This document shows positions 51,839 through 64,000 of a DNA stretch of 64,000 nt, one piece after another. The DNA comes from the human T2T-CHM13v2.0 reference genome, Homo sapiens. Each line of letters begins with the position of its first letter. Positions within the stretch are counted from its first letter, which is position 1. The stretch lies in assembly GCF_009914755.1 (NCBI RefSeq), contig NC_060937.1. The stretch is one strand, 5' to 3'. The notes beneath the pieces are model-generated. The model worked only from the letters and a program-made list of their open reading frames with translations. It did not search any database and had not been told where the DNA came from. Made by a program: the position numbers and the translations under genes.

Positions 51839-53477
51839 CTATTGAAGGGGGATTTTAAAAATAGAAAATAAAAAACAGAAAGACGTGATTTTTGGAAAAC
51901 ACTTGGGAAAGTTTGTGAAGGCATACCCATAGAAACATCAAAAAAATTTTTTCCCATCAACGAGCTAATGCCTGAAATTCCACCACCAGAGATTCCTGTG
52001 AAGCTTGAGACTTTGAACCACTGAAACATTACCCTTGGGGGTAGTATCACTTTAAGTTATCATCATTAATGATCTGAGAGCAGGTTTTACAAGGAGACAA
52101 CTTCACCTAACCTTGTGACATTTACTTAACAATGGACTATTTCAGAGTAAGCACCTGGTTCTTAAAAAGCCATGTGGCCTCTACTATGACATAAAAGTGA
52201 ATAGGATGCGTGAACTTAAAGACGCCTTCATGGTATTTACTAATATTAGAACTAGCTAGCTCTGTTAGTTAATATTACCATATAAATCTGCCCTCAGTTT
52301 TTCTTTCCATTCATAAGGAAAAGAGTGAAATAATTAGGAAGAAACATATGCATTCCAATTAATATTAGCACCATGACATTTTCATCTGTGTGTGTGTACA
52401 GAATGTTTAATGTAGTCTTCCACTGCCAAGGATTCTATTAGTGACCTCACCTACACAGACTGCATTCAAACTACCTCGCCACATGACAGATTCAATGGGC
52501 CAGCCTGGTGTCCGTCGTTCATCCACCCATGAAGATCCTCCAATAGTGCATAAAGCCTAAGATTATAATGCCACATCCACCAGATCTTCAAATATGAATG
52601 AGTCAAAATCAAAAGCTAAAGAATTTTAGTTAAAATCAGCTTAGTTCAAATGATCTTCTGTCCAGTCAGCACTTGACTATTTATGTGCAGACTTCAGTGT
52701 GGGTGGAAAAAAAGCATGAGTGAATCAATGAAAACATAGGTCGATAAATGTATTTATGCCTTATCTAGTTTATTTGGCTCTGGCTGTAACTAACATGAAC
52801 AACGTCTCTATTCTGCTTCTTTCACTTCATCGTTTCTACTGTCAACCTTTCTATCTGTGTCACAGGCCATGCCTGAAGGTCTTCTGAAGCAAACTCCCCT
52901 CCACCTCCAAACTCATGAAAGTAAGAATTACAACAGCAGCAAGTGCTTATTTTGTGCCAGGCTCTACAATAAGCACTTTACTGGCAAGGGTGTGATGTGT
53001 GATGTGAAGGTAATGTAAGTTTTTAAAATTATTCTGAGAGGTGGAATAAATGGCAGAGAAGGGCTAAGCGCAAAGTCAGATTTTGGAGCTGGCAAACTTT
53101 TTGATTTTTTTACTCTGTAGTTAAGAATATTTTAAAATGCTATTTTATCCTTGAAAATGATTTTTTTAGATTTCTCAAAGCATTTTCACATTTTGAGTAT
53201 CATACATTCACACTCAAAATTTCATTCCAAAACCAGTCAGATTTCAGAATAATCCATAGTTTTGGATTTTCCCACTACTGCCCCTAGGTCCACTGGCACA
53301 GCTAAGTAGTCAGGCCTGACTATGTACGACGTGGTCTTGTGGGTGTGATCCTATTCTCTTCAAAGAGCTACAGCGGTTTTTCAACAAGCTCTAGAACTGA
53401 AATTGTACCACCAAGTCTCCTGCAGGACATTAAAACTATTCTGAAGTATAAAATGTACCTGCCCAATTAAAAACTAA

Positions 53478-53838
<361 letters not shown>

Positions 53839-54514
53839 AAGATTTTAATACCTTAGGCAAAATGGGGAAAATAATTACAGTTTATTATGTTCATATATTT
53901 ATAATTATAAGGAATCGCACATACAAAAAAAAAAAAAACAAAAAAAAACTCCACAGTGAACCTGGCTAAGTATTTAGAGATTCATTGATTTAACAAGCCA
54001 GTGTTGACCATCTACATAGCAGGCATTGGCTAAATTCCAAAGCAGAAGCACAGAATTAGGCAAGCAACCCCCACCCCTCTGGGGATGCAGAAAGTCTAGG
54101 AGATAAGGAGTTCCATCAGAAAGCCAGATCCTGAGAACTGTACCTTCAAAAAGACAGGAATGTGACTGACTGATTATACGATTAACATTTCAAACTGGTG
54201 AAATTCAATAATATTTTGAAGTTACACTGAAAGGTTTTTGAAGTTTTTTTCTGCTTTGTTTTGCTTTGTTTTAAGCCATTAGGTCATTCCCTGGATCAGA
54301 GGATGAAGAGGAAGTGATGTTCACTCCACCCAAGTGGAAGGGTCCCAAAAGTGTTTAGTTATGTTGGCTCCAGCAGCATAGGATGAAGCAGCTATTGCTC
54401 AACCTGCAGTGATTAAATAACTTAATGGAGAGTTCTCCCTCAAAAAACCATATTTTTTTAATCAACTGGGAGAACTGAGTTAGCAATTAATAATTTTGCC
54501 ACATGCTTTAAAAC

Positions 54515-54727
54515 ATAGGTCAACAAACTTTTTGTGTAAAAGGCAAGATCATAAATATTTTCAGCTTTGAGGGTCATATTATCTCTACTTAACTTTGAGT
54601 TGCATGGTGACAGTAGCCATAGGCAATATGTAAACAAATGTGCTTGGCTGCTTTACAATAAAACTTTATTTACAAAAATTGGCTACAGGCTGGATTTTGC
54701 TTGCAGGTCATAGTTTGCCACTACCTG
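54515..54727. mobile_element. MER58A-like DNA transposon
   Basis: ggtcaacaaacttttt…aaatattttcagcttt…caataaaactttatttacaaaaa…ggctggattttg…catagtttgcc. Confidence 0.8.
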
Positions 54728-55179
54728 CCTTAAAAAGACATTTATAACTACATTCACAAACATATCTGGCTGTATTTGTCTGGAATTAAGTTTACTAATA
54801 TAGTGGCAAAGGAGGTAAGACAGGAAGTTACTTCTTCAGAAAGATGAGGGAACACACTTAAAAATTTTTTAATTTTATATTTAATTTTTCAAAAATCTCA
54901 ATGGAAATTAAATATTGTTATTTAATTGGTCTTTATAAGAGTATTTATAGCTTCCTTATAGTAAGCAATTTTATTGATGAGCATATTTATGATCTAAATA
55001 TCAACTAGAAAAACCAGGATTAAAAAAAAATCATTATTTTTAAATGAAGGTGCACTTAAAGAAACAAAATTAAAACATCTAATTATTCCTTCCTACCTAA
55101 AATTACCTGGAGGAAAAAACAAACACTCCAAGGGGAAAAACTAAAGCAAACAACCTAAATTGTAATAATTTCTCTTTCT

Positions 55180-55488
55180 GGCCAGGCACAGTGGCTCATG
55201 CCAGTAATCCTAGCACTTTGGGAGGCCAAGGCGGGCAGATCACTTGAGGTCAGGAGTCTGAGACCAGCCTGACTAACAGGCTGAAACCCTGTCCCTACTA
55301 AAAATACAAAGGTTAGCCAGGCGTGGTGGTGCACGCCTGTAATCCCAGCTACTTGGGAGGCTGAGGCAGGAGAACCACTTGAACCCAGGAGAGGCAGAGG
55401 TTGCAGTGAGCCAAGATTGCTCCACAGCACTCTAGCTTAGACAACAGAGCAAGACTCTGTCTCAAAAAATAAAAATAAAAATAAAAAA
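55180..55488 (+). mobile_element. AluS
   Basis: Full dimer; TSD aataattt(c/a)tctttct. Confidence 0.95.
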
Positions 55489-56086
55489 GTAAATAATTTA
55501 TCTTTCTTCCATAAGATAATTTTATTTGCATTTTCAAACAAAAATAATATTAATCAATGTATCTTGATTAGGAATATATATAGTAATCAATATATATAAT
55601 AATATATATTGACTAGCGATAGACCCTGCTTATTATCAGCTAGTACTTCATGAATACTAGTCAAAAATAACTTGCAAATATAAATGTATAAATGAAATAA
55701 ATGATACATAAATGTGTGTGTCACCCTTAAAAACAGTATCAATAACAAGACCTCCCACAGATTTCCAGTGAATTCATTTACAAGTTACTGCTTATTTTAA
55801 GTCCATGAGATAAATTCTGTGGAATTCACTTTTTGTAGTCAGATATAGCCCCCTCCAAATAAATAAAGTTTTAAAAATAATAAAAATGTAAAAAAGAAAT
55901 AGCCCCTGTGGACATTTCTGTCCAAGTTTCAGAGTCTGAAAAATTCACATTATTCTATTTGAACTTCCATCATAGAAATACAATTACCCTTTTGACACTT
56001 CCTTGACAATTTTGAAATTTAAAGAAAAGGAGGCAGTTAGGGGAAAATGACTTCAAAATGTAAATTAATGCAGGAAAGAGCCTTAC

Positions 56087-56176
56087 CTCTGTAACAAACA
56101 AGCTCTGTGCTTCCTCTTCCGCCTTCGCAGGCACTGTTGAGCATATGTATCGACCCTGTCGTCTCAGGATGGCCGT
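56087..56176 (-). CDS. DOCK9: DOCK9 exon ~3, TAILRRQGRYICSTVPAKAEEEAQSLFVTE
   Basis: 90 nt, ttccag|ACG…GAG|gtaagg, phase 0/0. Confidence 0.96.
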
Positions 56177-56500
56177 CTGGAAACAAAAACAGGAGGAAAA
56201 GCCTTGGGTAAGTGAAGGAGGCAGGTGCCAGCCTCAGAGTGCAGCTGTGTGCCCTGCAGCTGGCCCTGGCAGCCACAGAGTCCCTCCAGTTTCTCCCATC
56301 CAGTGCAGCTGCCTCCTTCCGTCACACACAACAGATTCCACTGGGCAGCCTCAAGTTCCAAAGCCAGGCTGGGTTACAGCTCCTGCTTCTTTCTTGATCA
56401 GGGGCCCACAGATCCCTCCAGCTCAGCCCTTCCCGCAGGGTAGAGGCCCCGTTCAAAGTCCCTAACACCCCACCCCTAAGTGCTTGATCTAGCCCCATGA

Positions 56501-56866
<366 letters not shown>

Positions 56867-57203
56867 TGAACATTTTTAAGTATACAGTTCAGTGGCATTA
56901 AGTACATTCACACAATTGTGCAACCATCACCACCATCCATCTCTTGTCATTTACATCTGTTCTTGTTCACTGCCACATCCCCAGCGCCTAAGAGCATAGA
57001 TAACTAGACACACAGAAGATGCTCAATCAGTAATTGCTAAATGAATCTATGAACTGTGAATGCTACCTCCCCTCCAACGGACATTAGAACTGTTCGTGTT
57101 CATTAGGCTTAAATGCTTCTTTTAAATAAAATGACAGGGCAGGGGTAGCATCCTGTCTACCTCAATAACTAGGCTTAAGGTTTCCTTTTCTTTTTCTTTT
57201 TAA

Positions 57204-57516
<313 letters not shown>

Positions 57517-57519
57517 TAA

Positions 57520-57816
57520 TTTTTTAATTTTTTTGAGACGGAGTCTCTCTCTGTCACCCAGGCTGGAGTGCAGTGGCATGATCTCGGCTCACTGCAACCT
57601 CTGCCTCCCAAGTTCAAGTGATTGTCATGCTTCAGCCTCCTGAGTAGCTGGGACTACAGGCGGGCGCCACCACACCCGCCTAATTTTTGTATTTTTAGTA
57701 CAGATGGGGTTTCACCATGTTGCCCAGGCTGGTCTCAAACTCCTGAACTCAAGCAATCCACCTGCCTCACACTTCCAAAGCACTAGGATTACAGGTGTGA
57801 GCCACCACACCCAGCC
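57520..57816 (-). mobile_element. Older Alu (J/S), full dimer
   Basis: tttttgagacggagtctc…gtgagccaccacacccagcc. Confidence 0.92.
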
Positions 57817-57822
57817 TTATTC

Positions 57823-57945
57823 TTTAAATAGAGATGGGGTTTCACCATGTTGCCCAGGCTGGTCTCAAACTCCTGGGCTCAAACAATCTCCCATCTCAAC
57901 CTCCCAAAGTGCTGAGATTACAGGCGTGAGCCACCATGCCCGGCC
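57823..57945 (-). mobile_element. Alu left monomer (FLAM/AluJ-like)
   Basis: tagagatggggtttcaccatgttgcccaggctggtctc…ccatgcccggcc. Confidence 0.85.
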
Positions 57946-58029
57946 TGGGCTTCAGGTTTCAGAAAGAAATATTCTAGTTTTTTTCTCCTATGGACTGTAA
58001 CCCTTAGGTACTATTAACAGATCATAGTC

Positions 58030-58420
<391 letters not shown>

Positions 58421-59639
58421 TTAGCTCTTCATGGCAAATGACTACACTGGGATCTCACAGCATTGGTCCTGGCAGTTTCCTTTCTTCCTTTGGTTAGAGG
58501 TGGCTTTGGGTCAAACCTCTGCTCCCTTATCCCTCCAGCCTAGGTGGAGAACTTCAGGGCATGTGTTTTGTGTACAATTTATTTCCTGCCTGTATTTTCT
58601 CTCTCTGTTGTGTCTGCTTCACCTATATTTATTCTTTTCTTGCACTGTGTCTATCTTTGAAAGTAATCTTAAAGCCTATTTTTAGAATAAGGCTCCCCAT
58701 TCTAAAGGAGTGGAAGAAATGAATTCTGTTCTTCACCAAAGTCCTTGGCAGGTAAATTATTTATTCCTTCAGCCTCCTAGGTCCTGACTTCTTTGTAAGT
58801 ATTACAAAGAAACAGTGACCTTTATTACACATCTGTTCTTGTGAAATGCCACAGAGATGAGTGACCATAAGCATGGAAGACAGGCGCAATCTGTACAAAA
58901 AGCTACAAAGCAATATACTGTATATATATAGACTGTCACAACTGTTGTGAAGGACGGGTGCTACCTCAAAAAGTATACATTCTATGTTCCCACTAACTGT
59001 GTTATGATCTGATTTATCTGGGTCTTTCAAGATTTTTGAAACTAATTATCATACTTTTAAAACATTCATGAAATAGCTCACATCAAGAAATAGGACTATT
59101 AGGGTCACTTCTAGGCCATTCTTCATCCTAACATTAAGAAGAAAAACTTTATGACAAAAATTTCCCAGTAGAATAACCAACTCAAGAAACTTTAATTATG
59201 GGACACTTTTCCAAACACCCCTCTAAGGTGAGAAAAATAAAAGGAAATAGATCTTTTTTATTCTCTTATATCAAAGTCCCATTATGTTCTCACTTGGAAA
59301 AAAAAAAAGTAACTTTAAATTATTAAACAGAATCCTGAATTTTTTTTTCCTTCATGTATGTTCCACAGGAGGAGAGAAACCTGAGTTTTAACAGATAAGA
59401 TAGCATGATGTTTCTCATTTTTAAAAGAGGTTTACACATTAACCATTACTCATCAATTCCTAACCTTGATGTTAACAAAGAATAGTTTTCTGACCAGACA
59501 GAGCCCTTTTTCTCCCCCAGAGACTTCATCCAATTAAACTAAACTAGGTGTGCTTCTTTAGTACATACGTAGTGTAGCATAACTGCTATTTCTTCGTGCA
59601 TGTCTTGAACTACACACTATTTGATCTCTTTCAGATAAT

Positions 59640-60460
<821 letters not shown>

Positions 60461-61384
60461 AGATTGTAAGACACTAGGAACATCTCCAAGTTACAGTACT
60501 GAAGAATACTGGCATTTTCATGAAAATGGATTTCAAATACTAGCTACACTACAGAGTTAAGACAGAAGTGAGGAGATACACTATGCTGCAATCTCATTTC
60601 CACAGTCACCCTTCCACTCAAGTCAATGCCACGAAAGAGGTCAAGTAAGATACAGTAAATGCCTGTTGGATCTTGAGAGTAGTTTGTAGTGTCTTAGGAA
60701 AAACATTCTACTGATCATTTAAGGACTCAGCATAAATGTTACTTTACCCATTCATCTATCCATCTATCCACACCTTACTGGGTCCCTACTTTCTTCCGGA
60801 CACTGAGCTAGCAGCTGGAGACACAAAGTTTAATAAAATATAGTTGCTATTCTTTTAAAGCTTACAGTCTGATGAAAGAGGACGATGAGGAAATAATTAT
60901 TAGAGTGTGATAAGTACAGAAGAGTATAGAGAAAAGAGCACAGAAGCACAGGATGATATGAGAGAAAAAAGTTAGGGAGTCTAAATTCAGTAAGGTAGAG
61001 AAGAGGACATCAAGAAAAGGTACACTGAGGGAAAGCTAAAATTAACTTAAGCTAAACTGTAAAGGATGAGCACAAGTCATATTCAGTACAAAATGAAGAG
61101 AAACATGGAGATAAACTTGCCCTTGGGAAGTTCAAAGCACAAAATTAAGATATAATGAATGAGATTAACTCTTTGCCAATAAATAAATAAATAAATATAT
61201 CCATTAAGTCCTAGAACTAAAAACTTAAGTCAAAGGAAAAACTGCCTAGAATTCTTACTGATCTTGAATTAAACAACACTAAAAGTCCACATCTGGGATA
61301 AGAATAGGCCAACAGAAAGAACCAGGCTTCCATGGCTGGAGGAATTCTGTCAGTGTCTCTATCACTATTTCAGAGAAAGGTTGG

Positions 61385-61694
61385 AGCTGGGCATGGTGGC
61401 TCACACCTGTAATCCCAGCACTTTGAGGGGGCCGAGGCAGGCAGATCACTTGAGATCAGGAGTTCAAGACCAGCCTAGCCAACATGGTGAAACCCCATCT
61501 CTACCAAAAATACAAAAATCAGGCAGCGTGATGGCGCACGCCTGTAGTCTCAGCTACTTGGGAGGCTGAGGCACGAGAATCGCTTGAACTCAGGAGGCGG
61601 AGGTCACAGTGAGCCAAGACCACGCCACTGCACTCCAGACTGGGTGACAGAATGAGAGCCTGTCTCAAAAAATAAATAAAAAATAATAATAAAA
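61385..61694 (+). mobile_element. AluS
   Basis: Full dimer; TSD agaaaggttgga. Confidence 0.95.
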
Positions 61695-62236
61695 GAAAGG
61701 TTGGAACCCATTAGGCTGGACCCATGGGGGAGGGGAGGACTACCAGGCTTGGCACCAATGGGGCCGTCAATGTTTGATACCACCAGCTGCTAAGGTCTTC
61801 TAATTCATTGCCCTTGCTCTGAGTACAGCCTCACTGAGCCACTTGTTTATAATATGCTTCCCATTTAGACTTTCCTACTGGGAGAAAATGCACAGCCGGT
61901 GTAGTATTCTGATCTGCTTGTGAATTCTAGTTCTCAATGCATATTAATAAAATGACATTCTGGTTTGTGCTCTTGTGGGGTTGCCTGCAACAAGTCAGTT
62001 CCCCTGAGCCTGAAACACTCTGGGTGACCAAATCCCATCTTTGGACTTGCAAACCTGAGGTCTGATCCTGTACCATGGTGACCTTATAAACCACCCCGAG
62101 ACCTGTCTGAACAGCTAGTCAACCCTGACTCCATTATCCAAAACTCTCCTGTACCCACATGCCCTTCTTTACCCCACCAGATTGCAAATTCCTTTGAGAA
62201 CAGGAGATACATCTTCCTATTTCTAGCTATGTGCTA

Positions 62237-62563
<327 letters not shown>

Positions 62564-63260
62564 TCAATGGAGACAGAAATAGGAACCTACCAATAACCAT
62601 CCATTACTTGCATATAAGTTTTTTCTCCCTATTATTACAAAAAGTTATCTGGTCCATTATAGGAACTGACAAGGGAAGACTATAGCATGAGTGAGCACTC
62701 TGTTTTAATTTCTCCACAGATTTTATGTATTAAAAGTCATATTCAGATAATCATCTACTTTATGCCAAACTAATTCACACTAAATTTCTGTAGTTTTATT
62801 TATTTAGCTTATAGCGAAGTCCAAGTCAATACTAAGAGATTTATACTCCAAAAGCACTAAAGCCCTTCTCAACAATAAGTCAAGTTTTCTTTTTCATAGC
62901 TGTGGCATTCTTTTCTACTTTTCTATCAGTTAAAATCATATTTCTGCTAAAAGATAGGTCTATATCCACTTTATATAGACCCAATGCCCAACATCATTTG
63001 AATGCCCAACATAAAGGTGGGCATTCATAGCATACCAGTCCTATGTCTATGTTTGGAAACAAGCCATTTCCATTCCGCTAATAAATCTGTACATTTGAAA
63101 AGGGAAAGGGGAAAAAACATTTCACACCATAATTAGTGTAATATGGTTCTGAAAATTAAACCTAAACATTGCTAGCATCTCACACAACTATTTGGATAGA
63201 AATCTTCACAGCACAAACATAATTTCAAAATAAAAGCCCTTTACCAAGGTATGCACCTGC

Positions 63261-63341
63261 AAGAAAGAAAAGGAAAAGAAAAAGAAAAAAAGAAAGATAG
63301 GTAGATAGATAGATAGATGATCGATAGACAGATAGGTAGAT
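63261..63341. repeat. (GAAA)-rich tract followed by a (GATA)n microsatellite
   Basis: Read directly from the sequence. Confidence 0.93.
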
Positions 63342-64000
63342 AAAAGCCCTTTCCTAGCTATTATAACAGAAGGTAAATTATTTTCAGTCAATATTATTAC
63401 TTAGGTTAAACACGTAGCCTTTGACACTAAGAAATTCTTAGTTACCTTCAGCAAATATGGACAGGAGTCTTATAGGAAGTTCCACAAAATCACAGGCATA
63501 ATTAAAAAGGAAGAAAAAAGGGTGACATCCTTTCCCAAAGGGCTCATATGAGGATGCACAGATACCTGAGAGCCCCAGTCTCAATATTTATGGGACAGTT
63601 TTTTGTTTTGCTTTTTTTTTTTTTTTTAACAGAATGAGCTAGAAAAGCACAGAGTTGCTCCCAGAATAAAAAGAGTGAAATTTACAACTGTCTCCAAGTC
63701 TAGTTTGGAATGACAAATTTCAAATAGATCCTTTTTACTTAAAAAAAGAAAAGTTTTTTCCTCTTAGTTGAAATGATCTCCTCCAAACACTGGGGTTACG
63801 GTGATGTTTCTGAGCCACTGTGGGAAGCCACTTAGCCCTGGGCAGCAGGGCAGGCCCACCTAAAGGGAGCAAGTGGAGGTACCTGTTTCCTCACCTGGGC
63901 CGACCCCTGGGGCCTCTGGCATTTCCTGCTTCTATCATCACTCACTGCTCTCTCTGCAGCTTAAATGTGGAATCCCTCTCTCCTAACGACATTCCTGACC

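Noticed and set aside
52228-52282. AT-rich imperfect inverted repeat
   Set aside because: Many mismatches and low complexity; no supporting evidence of function.

Overview
Primate (human or great ape) genomic DNA lying entirely inside the DOCK9 (Zizimin1, Cdc42 GEF, DOCK-D family) gene on the minus strand. I read 25 internal coding exons between 56176 and 5791, all with GT-AG boundaries and mutually consistent phases. They join into 2700 nt, or 900 uninterrupted codons, covering the N-terminal region, PH domain, DHR-1/C2 domain and the start of the armadillo-like middle region. By recalled human numbering these are about exons 3-27 and aa 83-982. Both ends of the gene lie outside the window. 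The introns carry about 19 Alus plus L1, L2, MIR, L3/CR1, MaLR LTR and hAT-Charlie relics and microsatellites. I see no new multi-gene system; the ORF-track hits are DOCK9 exon read-throughs, Alu frames or chance ORFs. The most unusual structures are: (i) a ~190-bp, ~95% identical inverted duplication of an Alu head plus its unique flank, with nested template-switch scars (37455-38117); (ii) a polyadenylated, TSD-flanked retrocopy of a MER41A LTR 3' segment (31550-31722); (iii) a candidate alternative last exon that would truncate DOCK9 after the PH domain (19641 down to ~17800); (iv) a candidate in-frame 12-nt microexon created by a tiny TSD-flanked insertion (63245-63256). Repeat family and exon numbers come from recall of consensus and reference sequences, not from a search.
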